A DNA stretch of 53,434 nucleotides, taken from a virus (taxonomy: Duplodnaviria; Caudoviricetes). The notes beneath the pieces were generated by a model. That model did no database searches. It worked only from the letters and a program-made list of their open reading frames with translations, and was not told the origin of the DNA. The position numbers and the translations under genes were made by a program. This document shows positions 1-10,166 of this stretch, piece by piece. The stretch covers positions 1 through 53,434 of the IMG/VR virus record IMGVR_UViG_3300046658_000024; one strand, written 5' to 3'. Each line of letters starts with the position of its first letter. Within the stretch, counting starts at the first letter, position 1.

Positions 1-68
1 TGGCGCTCGAAAGTCCGTCAAGTTCAGGACTACCAAGCGTGAGTTTTGAACGAGAGGGGTGAGCCGCC

Positions 69-527
69 ATGCCAAGCGGTGGTGCTCGATCTCGTTCCGG
101 TCCTCCCCCGGACCCGAACGCGCTGCGCCGTGAGCGGGATTCTGGCGAGTGGGTAACGCTGCCTGCGGCAGGTCGTGAGGGTCCGCTTCCAGAGTGGCCA
201 TTGACGCGGGCAACGAAACGCGAGGCGGCCCTGTGGGATCTGATGTGGCGCCGACCTCAAGCGGTGATGTGGGAGCGCCTGAGCCAGGAGTTCGAGGTTG
301 CGCTGTATGTGCGCCGCCTCGTGGAAGCCGAACAGCGGGACTCTGCGGTAAACCTGTCGACTTTGGTTCGCCAGATGGCTGATTCGCTCGGTCTGACCAC
401 TCCTGGCCTGCGGTCGAACCGTTGGCGAATCGTCGCCGAGAAGCCCGTTCCGCAGGCGGCCACCAAGGCGACGGTGCGGCGGTCGACGCGGGACAGGCTG
501 AGGGTCGTCGATGGCGATGGAGCCTGA
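69..527 (+). CDS. Terminase small subunit
   Basis: 152 aa; MPSGGARSRSGPPPDPNALRR start and LGLTTPGLRSNRWRI motif typical of actinophage small terminases; overlaps the large terminase. Confidence 0.85.
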   Translation: MPSGGARSRSGPPPDPNALRRERDSGEWVTLPAAGREGPLPEWPLTRATKREAALWDLMWRRPQAVMWERLSQEFEVALYVRRLVEAEQRDSAVNLSTLVRQMADSLGLTTPGLRSNRWRIVAEKPVPQAATKATVRRSTRDRLRVVDGDGA

Positions 528-2124
528 GTACATCGTTGACTTCCCCACACTGTGGGTGGCCTGTGACTGGATTGAGGCTCACTGTGTGGTCCCGGACGGA
601 TTCAACAAGGGCACACCTTTCGTCATGTACGACTGGCAGTTGTACTGCACGGCGTGCCACTACCGGATCAAGCCTGAGGCTGAAGCAGGCCAGCTCGCGC
701 CGGCTTTCTACCACCGCCGCTCCCAGGTTGTGGCGCCCCAAAAAACCGGGAAAGGTCCTTGGACGGCCACGATTTGCGCCCTTGAAGGTGTCGGCCCGAC
801 GGTGTTCGACGGGTGGGCCGAGAAGGGCGACGGGTATGCGTGCTCTGACCATGGCTGTGGGTGTGGCTGGGAGTACGAGTACAAGCAGGGTGAGGCTATG
901 GCCATCCCGTGGCCGACACCGCTGATCCAGCTGACAGCGACGGCCGAGGATCAGACAGACAACGTCTACCGTCCCCTCCAGGCGATGATCCGCTCTGGTC
1001 CGCTGGGTGACCTTATGCGCGTCGGTGAGGCGTTCATCCGGCTACCGAATGATGGTCGGATTGACGTAGTGACCTCGTCTGCACAGTCCCGTCTGGGTAA
1101 TCCGGTGACGTTTGTGCTCCAGGACGAGACCGGCATCTGGAACGCAACGAACAAGATGGTTCGGGTGGCTGAGACCCAGCGCCGTGGCGCGGCCGGTATG
1201 GGCGGCAGGACCATGGAGACGACGAACCCGTGGGATCCAGCCGAGAACTCGGTGGCGCAACGAACCTCGGAATCCCGGGCGGCAGACATCTTCAAGTTCC
1301 ACCGAGCACCCCCGGCGAACCTGTCCTATCGGAACAAGGTGGAGCGCCGAAGGATCCACAAGTACGTGTACGCAGGATCCACACACATAGACCTGGATGC
1401 GATCGAGGCCGAGGCTGCGGAACTGTTGGAACGTGACCCAGCGCAGGCTGAGCGCTTCTTCGGGAATCGAGTTGTCCACGGCCTGGGGTCCTGGCTCAAG
1501 GACGGCCTGTGGGCGGGCTCCGAGAGGTCCCGGATCGTCGAGGATCGCACAGAGGTTGCGCTCGGGTTCGACGGTTCGGAGTCGGATGACTGGACCGCGA
1601 TTCGGGCCGTCACGGTGGACGGGTACCGGTTCACTCCGCTGTACGGGCCAGATAAGCGTCCGACGATCTGGAACCCTGCCGAGTGGGATGGTCAGATCCC
1701 CCGTAGCGAAGTCAATGCGGCTGTGGACGAGCTGTTCCGCCGCTACCGAGTACTAAGGATGCACTGTGACCCGCGGGACTGGCAGACCGAGATCGGCGAT
1801 TGGGCGCTCAGGCACGGCGAGAAAGTTGTCCTGGAGTGGCCGACGTACCGGGTCGTTCAGATGCACGCCGCGCTGGAGCGGTCGGTTACGGACCTGATCT
1901 CGGGTCGGTCAACACATGATGGCTGCCAGATCACATCCGTGCATGTGGCGAACGCTCGGAAGCTGGCCAAGCCGGGCGACCGGTACATCCTCGGCAAGCC
2001 GAACCAGCATCAGAAGATTGACGCCGCGATGGCCGACGTTCTCGCGTATGAGGCTTGGGCCGACGCTATGGCGGCAGCTTCGGGAAAGAAGCCGCTGACT
2101 CGTGTGGTTGGCCGCGCCCGTTGA
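511..2124 (+). CDS. Terminase large subunit
   Basis: 537 aa; Walker A-like PQKTGKG, Walker B VLQDE, nuclease motifs LGFDGSESDDWTA and KIDAAMA. Confidence 0.95.
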   Translation: MAMEPEYIVDFPTLWVACDWIEAHCVVPDGFNKGTPFVMYDWQLYCTACHYRIKPEAEAGQLAPAFYHRRSQVVAPQKTGKGPWTATICALEGVGPTVFDGWAEKGDGYACSDHGCGCGWEYEYKQGEAMAIPWPTPLIQLTATAEDQTDNVYRPLQAMIRSGPLGDLMRVGEAFIRLPNDGRIDVVTSSAQSRLGNPVTFVLQDETGIWNATNKMVRVAETQRRGAAGMGGRTMETTNPWDPAENSVAQRTSESRAADIFKFHRAPPANLSYRNKVERRRIHKYVYAGSTHIDLDAIEAEAAELLERDPAQAERFFGNRVVHGLGSWLKDGLWAGSERSRIVEDRTEVALGFDGSESDDWTAIRAVTVDGYRFTPLYGPDKRPTIWNPAEWDGQIPRSEVNAAVDELFRRYRVLRMHCDPRDWQTEIGDWALRHGEKVVLEWPTYRVVQMHAALERSVTDLISGRSTHDGCQITSVHVANARKLAKPGDRYILGKPNQHQKIDAAMADVLAYEAWADAMAAASGKKPLTRVVGRAR

Positions 2125-2142
2125 TGAACCGGAGGGAGAACC

Positions 2143-3543
2143 GTGGCACCTACGGTGGGCTCCCCTGAGTGGTGGCTGAACAGGCTGTACAAGAAGCTGA
2201 GCGACCGCCGTGACCATGTCGACCGGATGGACGCCTACTACCGGGGCGAGCCACCACGCTATCCGTGGCTACCTGAGGAGGCGTACCAGGAGTTCTGTCA
2301 GCTGCTCGTGCTGACGAAGTCGAACTACATGGGCCTGGTCGTGGATGCCACGGCGGAGCGCATGAAGCCGGAGGGTTTCCGGATCGGAGACTCACCGCAG
2401 GCCGATAAGGAAACGTGGCGGATCTGGCAGGCGAACAACCTCGATGGTGATGTGGCTCAGGGGATCCTTGAGGCAGTCAAGTCGGGCCAGTCGTACATGC
2501 TGGTGGCGCCGAATCCGAAGGATCCGAAGACGCCGCTGGTGTGGGTTGAGCATCCGTCTCAGGCGATCGTGGAGTACGAGCCGGGTACGTCACGGCGGGT
2601 CCGCGCTGCCGGCTTGAAGGTCTGGGAAGACGACTGGACCAACAAGATCATGGCCACCTTGTATCTTCCTGGCTGGCTGTACAAGTTCCAGACCGACAAA
2701 CCGAAAAACGGTATTCCGGTCGGCGAGATCCGGTGGCAACGTCGCGAGGTTCGCGGTGAGACATGGCCAGCGAAGAATCCGTTGGGCGTCGTTCCGTTGA
2801 TCGAGCTTCCGAACAACCCTCTGTTGCTAACTGGCGGGGTGTCGGAGATCGCTGACGTAGTCAGCGTTCAGGACCGTATCTGTAAGACGCTCGCTGACCG
2901 TCTGATGACTCAGGACTTCGGGGCGTTCCCACACAAGTGGGCGACCGGGTTCCCGCTTGAGGACGAGGCCGGCAATCCGCAGCAGATTCCCAGGGCTCGT
3001 AACCGGATGGCCGTCTCGGAGATGGCCGAGACACGGTTCGGCCAGTGGGATGCGGCCCCGCTGGACCCGTACTCGAACGCGAAACGCGAGGACGTGAAGG
3101 ACATCGCGTCACGGACTCGCACACCGGCTCAGTACCTTCTCGGCGAGATGAGTAACGTCAACGGGGAGACGTTGAAGGCCGCCGAGTCCGGTTTGGTGTC
3201 GAAGGTTCGGCAGCGCATGGTGCCAGTCGGTGAGGGCCTTGAGGAGGCGGCCCGGGTGTTCCGTGGCGCGGCTGGGCTGTCTGGTGACGATCAGTCGATG
3301 GAGACGATCTGGCGTAACCCCGAGTTCAGGACTGAGGGCGAACTCGTGGACGCGCTGGTGAAGATGAGCACGCTCGGGGTTCCGCAGGAGGCCCTGTGGG
3401 AACGGTGGGGTGCTTCTCAGGAGGAAATACGCCGCTGGAAGGCGATGCAGGCTGATCAGGCGCAGCGGGCCGGCGTGGGCGACCTAGCGTCGTTCTTGAC
3501 CGGTCCGAAGCCGCAACAGCCGGACCAGAACTTGCAGCAGTGA
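2143..3543 (+). CDS. Portal protein (SPP1 gp6-like)
   Basis: 466 aa after terminase; YYRGE, WRIWQANNLD, NPLGVVPL, SRTRTPAQYLLG, GETLKAAESGL motifs. Confidence 0.95.
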   Translation: MAPTVGSPEWWLNRLYKKLSDRRDHVDRMDAYYRGEPPRYPWLPEEAYQEFCQLLVLTKSNYMGLVVDATAERMKPEGFRIGDSPQADKETWRIWQANNLDGDVAQGILEAVKSGQSYMLVAPNPKDPKTPLVWVEHPSQAIVEYEPGTSRRVRAAGLKVWEDDWTNKIMATLYLPGWLYKFQTDKPKNGIPVGEIRWQRREVRGETWPAKNPLGVVPLIELPNNPLLLTGGVSEIADVVSVQDRICKTLADRLMTQDFGAFPHKWATGFPLEDEAGNPQQIPRARNRMAVSEMAETRFGQWDAAPLDPYSNAKREDVKDIASRTRTPAQYLLGEMSNVNGETLKAAESGLVSKVRQRMVPVGEGLEEAARVFRGAAGLSGDDQSMETIWRNPEFRTEGELVDALVKMSTLGVPQEALWERWGASQEEIRRWKAMQADQAQRAGVGDLASFLTGPKPQQPDQNLQQ

Positions 3544-3737
3544 CGGATGGAGTGATCCCGATGTGGGCAGTGCAGTTTTCTGACCGTCCAGAGCTGACTC
3601 CTGTCCGTGACGAATGTGTTGCAACTAGGATCATCAGGCGTCGCCCTGATTTACACGCTTTCCGGCACGTAAATGGAGACTGGGTGGACGGAGAGCCGAA
3701 CTGTCGCTGTTGTGGCTGCGCTCTCTTGAATCGGTAG
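3540..3737 (+). CDS. Small hypothetical protein
   Basis: 65 aa; GTGA overlap with portal stop; fills the gap before the next gene. Confidence 0.45.
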   Translation: MTDGVIPMWAVQFSDRPELTPVRDECVATRIIRRRPDLHAFRHVNGDWVDGEPNCRCCGCALLNR

Positions 3738-3747
3738 TGCTATTTCG

Positions 3748-4692
3748 ATGTCGCTGGATTCCTTGGCGATGCAGCATTACCGAACCCAACAGGCTTTGAC
3801 CCGCCGCGCTGCACAGACCGCTCAAGCGTGGTGGGCGCGCCTGGATTCCCGAGACCTGACCGGGTCGTGGGATGCCGGTGTTGGCTCACGGGTGGTGTCT
3901 GCTGTTGCGGCCGGACAGTTGCTGGCGGCGTCAACGGCTGACCGGTACGTGGCGGCTCAGGTCGCCGAACAGAATGTGGCGTCGGATCTCGCTGGATCGG
4001 TCAACGCGCAGGCCCTGGCCGGGGTGGCGTCGGATGGTCGCGACCTCGCGTCACTGCTGTACCTGCCGGTGATTACGACGAAGCAGCAGATCGGTTCCGG
4101 ATCTCTCCTGGAAGACTCGCTGCGGTCGGGTCTGGCTCAGATGCTCAACATGGTTTCCACGCAGGTTCAGGATGCCGGTCGTGCGGCGGCTGGAGTCGCG
4201 TTGACGTCAGAGCGGGCCATGCTCGGGTATTCACGCAGATTGAACCCTCCGTCCTGCTCTCGATGCGCCGTTCTGGCCGGTCGGGTGTATCGGTGGAACC
4301 AAGGATTTAGACGCCATAATCGTTGCGACTGTGTACACGTCCCTCTGTCCCGTGACGAGTTTGACCGGCACGAGACGTCGGTTCGGAATGATCCCCGCTC
4401 CTACTTCAACAGCCTGTCTCGCACCGATCAGGACGGTCTGTTCACGCAGGCCGGCGCTGAGGCGATCCGTAGTGGTGCCGACATTTCGCAGGTTGTGAAC
4501 GCTCGACGCGGGATGACCACAGCCGGCACGACGACCGAAGGAACGACTCGCCGCGGCGTCGCCGGTAACCGACTCGGTGCCAGCCGTGGGCAACGCGCCG
4601 CACGTCTCATGCCAGAGCGGATCTACGAGCTTGCGGCAGGCGACCGCGATGAAGCCATACGACTTCTCGCCCGCAATGGCTACCTCCTGTAG
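3748..4692 (+). CDS. MuF-like minor capsid / capsid maturation protein
   Basis: 314 aa; CSRCAVLAGR and RHNRCDC motifs, GADISQVVNARRG, TTEGTTRRG; position after portal. Confidence 0.85.
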   Translation: MSLDSLAMQHYRTQQALTRRAAQTAQAWWARLDSRDLTGSWDAGVGSRVVSAVAAGQLLAASTADRYVAAQVAEQNVASDLAGSVNAQALAGVASDGRDLASLLYLPVITTKQQIGSGSLLEDSLRSGLAQMLNMVSTQVQDAGRAAAGVALTSERAMLGYSRRLNPPSCSRCAVLAGRVYRWNQGFRRHNRCDCVHVPLSRDEFDRHETSVRNDPRSYFNSLSRTDQDGLFTQAGAEAIRSGADISQVVNARRGMTTAGTTTEGTTRRGVAGNRLGASRGQRAARLMPERIYELAAGDRDEAIRLLARNGYLL

Positions 4693-4787
4693 CCAGATTC
4701 ATCGACTTCCCGCATTGAGCGGGGTAGGCGCTACGGCCGCGCTAAAGGCCGGCATGCCGACGGGCTTACGGAGCAAAAGGACACGTC

Positions 4788-5303
4788 ATGCCTGATGACG
4801 GAAGCACGAACCAGGGCACCGGTCAGTCGACCGGTGGGGGCCAGCAGTCGCAGGCTCCGGCCCAGACGTTTACGCAGGCCGATGTTGACCGAATCCTTTC
4901 CGATCGACTGACGCGGGAGCGTGGCAAGTTCGCCGACTACGACGATCTCAAGTCCAAGGCGGCCGAGTTCGACCGTGCGTCGGATGCACAGAAGACGGAA
5001 GCGCAGCGCATCGCGGGCCAGCTCGCCAAGGTCGAGAAAGAGCGCGACGGTACCTCCAGAGAGCGTGACGAACTGCGGACCCAGCTCGCTCGACTTGAAG
5101 TCGCGCTGGAGCACGGAATTTCCAGGGAGGACATCGACCTTCTCGGCTCTGGTTCACGTGAGGAAATCGACGCCCGTGCGAAGCGTCTCGCTGAGCGTCT
5201 CGCACCGAACACTCCCCCGGACTTCGACGGCGGGACCCGGTCGCCCGCCGGGAAGCCAACCGACATGAATGGCCTGATCCGGCGAGCTGCCGGACTCGGC
5301 TGA
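4788..5303 (+). CDS. Capsid scaffolding protein
   Basis: 171 aa; TFTQADVDRI..RLTRER..FADYDDLK coiled coil; directly before major capsid. Confidence 0.9.
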   Translation: MPDDGSTNQGTGQSTGGGQQSQAPAQTFTQADVDRILSDRLTRERGKFADYDDLKSKAAEFDRASDAQKTEAQRIAGQLAKVEKERDGTSRERDELRTQLARLEVALEHGISREDIDLLGSGSREEIDARAKRLAERLAPNTPPDFDGGTRSPAGKPTDMNGLIRRAAGLG

Positions 5304-5367
5304 ACGGCGTGACCCGACACATGGCTCGGGCCTGCCGCAACCCCGTATCTCAAGGAGGTACTGAGCC

Positions 5368-6312
5368 ATGGCATACACCAACCTGACCAGTCGCACCGAT
5401 GTGGCTGCGCTCATCCCGGAAGAGGTCTCGAAGGAGATGCTCGGGAAAGCGGTGGAGACTTCCGCCACCCTGTCCCTCTTCCGCCGCGTTCCGGTGGGTC
5501 GGGCGCAGGTGCGGTTCCCTGTGCTGTCGGCTCTTCCGGTGGCCTACTTCGTTTCGGGCGACACTGGCCTGAAGCAGACCACCGAAGTGAACTGGACGAA
5601 CAAGTTCCTCAACATCGAGGAAATCGCCGCCATCATGCCGGTTCCGGACGCCGTCCTCGCGGACGTGGACGCAAACGTGTGGGACGAGGCCATGCCGCTG
5701 CTGGTCGAGGCGTTCGGAAGAACTCTGGACGCGGCTGTGTACTTCGGCACGAACGCACCTTCGTCCTGGCCGACGAATATCAATGCCGCGTCAACGGCCG
5801 CCGGCAACAACATCACCGAGGGCGCCACGGCAGCACAGGGTGGATTCTTCGGCGACATCGACAACGTGTACGAGAAAGTCGAAGGTGACGGCTACGAGGT
5901 CAACGGCTTCGTCGCCGCCACGTCGGCAAAGTCGAAGCTCCGGAAGGCCCGGGACACGCAGGGCCGCAAGCTGGACGAAGCGCGGCTCAATGGTGCGCTG
6001 AACATGCTCGACGGGTATCCGGTCATGTACTCCATGCGTGGCCTGTTCCCGACGTCGAGCGGTTCACCGCGCCTGTTCGCCGGAGACTGGGGCCAGTTCG
6101 TGGTGGGTGTCCGGCAGGACATCACGATGAAGATTCTGGACCAGGCTGTGATTCAAGACAACACGGGTGCCATCGTCTACAACCTGGCCCAACAAGATAT
6201 GACCGCTGTGCGTCTCACCTTCCGGGTGGGCTGGCAGGTCGCGAACACGATCAACAACGAGCAGCCCACCGAAGCCAGCCGGTACCCGGTCGGCACGCTG
6301 CTTCTCGCCTGA
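5368..6312 (+). CDS. Major capsid protein (HK97 fold)
   Basis: 314 aa; LIPEEVS, GDWGQFVVGVRQDIT, NLAQQDMTAVR; strong SD AAGGAGG. Confidence 0.95.
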   Translation: MAYTNLTSRTDVAALIPEEVSKEMLGKAVETSATLSLFRRVPVGRAQVRFPVLSALPVAYFVSGDTGLKQTTEVNWTNKFLNIEEIAAIMPVPDAVLADVDANVWDEAMPLLVEAFGRTLDAAVYFGTNAPSSWPTNINAASTAAGNNITEGATAAQGGFFGDIDNVYEKVEGDGYEVNGFVAATSAKSKLRKARDTQGRKLDEARLNGALNMLDGYPVMYSMRGLFPTSSGSPRLFAGDWGQFVVGVRQDITMKILDQAVIQDNTGAIVYNLAQQDMTAVRLTFRVGWQVANTINNEQPTEASRYPVGTLLLA

Positions 6313-6349
6313 TCAGGCCAGCTTTCACGGAAATGGAAGAGGTATAGCA

Positions 6350-6763
6350 ATGGTGTACACCGCACCTTTCGGCCAAGTCATCGAGCGTGCCGTTCCGGCC
6401 GTTTCGACGGCTGGCAACGACGACGACACGGTATTCGGGCAGGCGCCGTATGACTGCACTGTTACCGCAGTGCAGTACATCCCGGAGGCCGCCATCACGG
6501 GGGCCGCGACCAATAAGCGGGACGTCTCGCTGGTCAACAAGGGGCAAACCGGCGTGGGCACGACCGTCGTGGCAACCCTGTCATTCGACAACGGGATCAA
6601 CGCCTCGGCGAATGACGAGAAGACGATCACCCTGTCTGCCACTCCCGCGAACCTGGTCTTGGCCGCCGGGGACACGCTGCAATGGCGGTCCATCCACATC
6701 GGTACCGGCATCACCGACCCGGGTGGCCTGGCTAGGGTCACCGTCAACCGTAACTACACCTAA
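6350..6763 (+). CDS. Putative head decoration/structural protein
   Basis: 137 aa, Thr/Gly/Ala-rich and beta-like, right after the capsid gene. Confidence 0.65.
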   Translation: MVYTAPFGQVIERAVPAVSTAGNDDDTVFGQAPYDCTVTAVQYIPEAAITGAATNKRDVSLVNKGQTGVGTTVVATLSFDNGINASANDEKTITLSATPANLVLAAGDTLQWRSIHIGTGITDPGGLARVTVNRNYT

Positions 6764-6776
6764 CAGAGGAGGCGGC

Positions 6777-7031
6777 GTGCCCCCGAGGAAAACGGTCGAC
6801 GCTCCGGAAGGCGCTAATCCGGAGCTGTCGCAAATCGACCCGAAGGCTGTGCCGGAGGTGGCGAAGAAGGCAAACGCCAAGGTGCAGACCGTTTTCGACC
6901 AGGAGTCAGCACAGGGTTTTCGGGGCGTCGAGGTCGACAAGACGCCGAATGAGAACTACACCGTGCAGGGCGTACTGGCCGGTGCTCCGACACCGGAAAC
7001 CGATATTGCCGGGGATCCCACCAAGGGGTGA
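6777..7031 (+). CDS. Small virion-associated hypothetical protein
   Basis: GTG 6777 with SD GAGGAGG; 84 aa, GFRGVEVDKTPNENYT. Confidence 0.7.
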   Translation: MPPRKTVDAPEGANPELSQIDPKAVPEVAKKANAKVQTVFDQESAQGFRGVEVDKTPNENYTVQGVLAGAPTPETDIAGDPTKG

Positions 7032-7039
7032 GTGGACGT

Positions 7040-7074
7040 GTGGGCCAGGACACATCCCACGGGTCCTGGCCCAC
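7040..7074 (+). terminator. Strong hairpin after head genes
   Basis: 12-bp perfect stem GTGGGCCAGGAC / GTCCTGGCCCAC; no U-tail. Confidence 0.55.
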
Positions 7075-7119
7075 GCCCTAATCGGATCCGAACTGCACGG
7101 CCATCGAGGGGAGGCGTAG

Positions 7120-7740
7120 TTGCCAGCGCTACCGCTTCTCGCAACGGCATCACAGCTAGCGAGCCATCTGCAACAGGATGTCGACACGGCAACGGCTGAG
7201 CTTCGTCTCGCCGGAGCTTCCGGGAAGGTCCGTGCGTACACGAAGCAGAAAATCCACCTGGTCTCTGACGACACCATCGAGCTGGACGGGTGTCAGTATG
7301 AAGTAGTGCTCCCGGAACGCCCCGTGGTCGTGGACGGATCTCACGTCCTGACGGTGGTTGAGGTTTCGTCGTTGGGCGTCGCCAGCCCAGCTTTGACGAT
7401 CAACCGGGATTTCATGCGCCGCGGTCAGGTGCTCCGTCGTATGGCCGGTGCTGGTTGGGATGCCCTGGTTGGCTACCCGCGAGGACGGTGGGCGCCTACC
7501 GTGCGGGTCACCTACAGCCATGGCTATGTAACGATCCCAGACGAGATCGTGGATGTCGTCCTGGATGTCGCTGCCCGCACTTACATCAACCCGAGTGCGC
7601 TGCGGTCATTCACGATCGACGACTATTCGGAGACGTACGCCATAGAGAACATCAACGCCGCTGACCTGACCGCGGCTAACAAGGCGACGCTTTCTGAAGC
7701 TGGGTACCGGCGGCGCACCGGCTCGGCGAGGATCAGGTAG
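7120..7740 (+). CDS. Head-to-tail adaptor
   Basis: 206 aa; VRVTYSHGY..IPDEI, NPSALRSFTIDDYSETY. Confidence 0.85.
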   Translation: MPALPLLATASQLASHLQQDVDTATAELRLAGASGKVRAYTKQKIHLVSDDTIELDGCQYEVVLPERPVVVDGSHVLTVVEVSSLGVASPALTINRDFMRRGQVLRRMAGAGWDALVGYPRGRWAPTVRVTYSHGYVTIPDEIVDVVLDVAARTYINPSALRSFTIDDYSETYAIENINAADLTAANKATLSEAGYRRRTGSARIR

Positions 7741-7749
7741 GGGGTCACG

Positions 7750-8157
7750 GTGGCGAATGCTCTCTACGACAAGGGCCGTGAGAAGTTTCTTCGTGGCGAG
7801 ATCTCGTGGAGCTCCGACACGATCAAGGCCGTGCTGGTCGATACCGCCGACTACACCGCGTCCCTGTCCACCCATGAGTTCTTGTCCGACATTCCCGCTG
7901 GCGCCCGTGAAGAGACTTCCGGCGCGCTGGCCTCGAAAACCACGACGGCCGGCGTGGCTGATGCCGCTGACGTGACGTTCACCGCAGCGGCCGGCGACCC
8001 ATGCGAAGCGCTCGTGTTGTACAAGGACACTGGTAGCGCCGCCACGTCGCCGCTGATCGCGTACATCGATACCGCTACGGGCCTGCCCGTTGTCCTCAAT
8101 GGTGGCGACGTAGTTCTGAGCTTTGATAGCGGAGCCAACAAGATCTTCAAGCTGTAG
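7750..8157 (+). CDS. Virion structural protein
   Basis: 135 aa; MANALYDKGREKFL, DAADVTF, PLIAYID, NGGDV; recurrent phage structural family. Confidence 0.7.
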   Translation: MANALYDKGREKFLRGEISWSSDTIKAVLVDTADYTASLSTHEFLSDIPAGAREETSGALASKTTTAGVADAADVTFTAAAGDPCEALVLYKDTGSAATSPLIAYIDTATGLPVVLNGGDVVLSFDSGANKIFKL

Positions 8158-8163
8158 CCTGCC

Positions 8164-8871
8164 ATGACCGACTACCGGATCTGGCCTGCCACGAACGGTC
8201 CGGTCTCATCCTCCGCTGACTCGCCGGTCAACCTCGGAACCCTGGTTCAGCTGTCCGCCACGGGATGGGCAACACGTCTCTGGTACTACCGGCCGGACAC
8301 CAACATCCAGGATCCGGACGCTGGCGCCATTTTCGCGGTCGGTGGCGGCGGTACCCCGGTATCGGGCACTCAGGTCAGCGCATGGCAGGGCCCTACGACC
8401 GGTTGGCGCTACGCGGACATTTCTCCTGCCGTCCAGCTTTCCGCTGGTGACTACTTGGCCACTGCGCACTATGTGGACGGCTATCCGGCGACCGCTGGCT
8501 ACTGGGTTGGCAACAGCATCAACAACGGGATCCTGACCGCGCTCGACAGCACTGCGGTCAATGGCCGATTCAGCTACGGCGCATTGCTCGCGGAGCCGAC
8601 CAGCAACGGTGGCGGCGCCAGTTACTGGGTCGACGTCACGGTTACGGACACTGACCCGAGCGGCAGCCAAACCATCAGCCCGACCAGTATCTCCTCCGCC
8701 GAGGCATTCGGTACGCCGACGGTCACGCCCGGCCCGGTCACCATCTCGCCGTTCGGGATTGCGTCCACTGAGGCTTTCGGTGTCCTCACCGTGACAGGTG
8801 GTCGTATCACCCCACGCCCGAATTCCGGTATCACGGCCCGCCCGTTTACCGGCATCACGCCGCGTCCGTGA
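8164..8871 (+). CDS. DUF4082-like carbohydrate-binding fibre protein
   Basis: 235 aa; NLGT, GW, NGRF.YG, YWVDVT motifs, then two TISP..I.S.EAFG..TVT repeats. Confidence 0.65.
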   Translation: MTDYRIWPATNGPVSSSADSPVNLGTLVQLSATGWATRLWYYRPDTNIQDPDAGAIFAVGGGGTPVSGTQVSAWQGPTTGWRYADISPAVQLSAGDYLATAHYVDGYPATAGYWVGNSINNGILTALDSTAVNGRFSYGALLAEPTSNGGGASYWVDVTVTDTDPSGSQTISPTSISSAEAFGTPTVTPGPVTISPFGIASTEAFGVLTVTGGRITPRPNSGITARPFTGITPRP

Positions 8872-8881
8872 GGGGGTCGGG

Positions 8882-9274
8882 GTGAGCATTGCTGCGCATC
8901 TGGCCGCCGGTCGTGCCGCAAAACAGCGTCTGATCGAGGGCGCCGGGGATTCGTGCACGATCACGCGACCTGGCGCGAAGACTTTCAACCAGACAACCGG
9001 CGCCTACGCGCAATCCACTGCCACGATCTATACCGGCGTGTGCCGTGTGAAGCCGTGGACCGCGAACGACACCGAAGCTGCCGAGGCCGAGGTGGACGTC
9101 ACCCGGGTGTATGTAGACCTGCCGTGGGGTTCGGCTTTGGTTCAGCGTGGCGACACGATCACGGTCACCTCGAGCAATGCCTGGCTGACGGGTCGAGCCC
9201 TGGCGGTGACTGCGGTACAGCAGTCGACTACCGCTACGGGGCAGCGGATTACTGCCGAGATCGCGCAGCGTTGA
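8882..9274 (+). CDS. Head-to-tail stopper (DUF6093-like)
   Basis: GTG 8882; DSCTITRPG, IYTGVCRVK. Confidence 0.8.
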   Translation: MSIAAHLAAGRAAKQRLIEGAGDSCTITRPGAKTFNQTTGAYAQSTATIYTGVCRVKPWTANDTEAAEAEVDVTRVYVDLPWGSALVQRGDTITVTSSNAWLTGRALAVTAVQQSTTATGQRITAEIAQR

Positions 9275-9283
9275 GGAGGAGTC

Positions 9284-9682
9284 ATGGACGGCACCGACAT
9301 CTCCGAGTTGCGCGCTCTCGCCCGGGATTTTCAGGTGGCTGGGGTCAAGGCTGGCGCTGGTGTCTACGCCGTGGTCAAAAGGGGCGCGCTGAACGTCAAG
9401 AACGACTGGCAGAAGAACGCCCGTTCTTCGTCCGGTAGGCACGCCAGACTCTACCCATCATCGATCAGTTTCGACATGAAGGTCGGCTCCGCGTTGCGCG
9501 GCGCTGTCGAGGCTGAGATCGGCCCGGACAAGGGTCGCCCTCAGGGCGCTCTGGGCAACCTCCTGGAGTACGGCTCCACACACAACCCGCCACACAATGA
9601 CGGTGGCCGCGCCCTGGAATCCGAAGCACCCCGCTTCGAGAAGGCCCTGAGCGATCTGGCCGGGAAGCTGCTCGGCTCGTGA
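9284..9682 (+). CDS. Neck protein (HK97 gp10-like)
   Basis: 132 aa; AEIGPDK, LGNLLEYGS. Confidence 0.85.
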   Translation: MDGTDISELRALARDFQVAGVKAGAGVYAVVKRGALNVKNDWQKNARSSSGRHARLYPSSISFDMKVGSALRGAVEAEIGPDKGRPQGALGNLLEYGSTHNPPHNDGGRALESEAPRFEKALSDLAGKLLGS

Positions 9683-10101
9683 GCGTCGCCATTCCTGAAG
9701 CTGAGCCGCACGTCGAGGCGATCGTTGCCCTCCTGACTGGCCCGATGGCTGCACTACCCACACCCATCCCTGTGTATCGCGGCGGACGTGCCGGTGACGC
9801 GCCCTGCTTGGTCGTGTGGAGCAGTCTGGGTGATATCGAGTCGTCTTCCCTGGCGCACCAGCGGGACTACATCAATCTGGAGTTCCAGCTCTCAGCGGTC
9901 GGTACTGGTCCGGAGCAGGCGACGTGGATCGCCGACAAAGCCCGCGCTGTTCTGCTGCCGGCGGCTCTTGCCGTGACTGGCCGGCAGGTGTGGCGCATCC
10001 ACCCCGTGCAGGCCCCCCCGGATCCGATTCGTGACGACGACGTACAGCCACCCCTGTGGGTTATGCCGGTGCGCTACACCGTGCGCTCTGGGCCTGCCTG
10101 A
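9679..10101 (+). CDS. Tail terminator
   Basis: 140 aa; position in tail module; RDDDVQPPLW motif. Confidence 0.8.
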   Translation: MSVAIPEAEPHVEAIVALLTGPMAALPTPIPVYRGGRAGDAPCLVVWSSLGDIESSSLAHQRDYINLEFQLSAVGTGPEQATWIADKARAVLLPAALAVTGRQVWRIHPVQAPPDPIRDDDVQPPLWVMPVRYTVRSGPA

Positions 10102-10166
10102 TACCTCGCTTCGATCCATCGCCGTCCCGCACGGCCTGTTTCTCACGTCCTGAAGGAGGACTCAGC

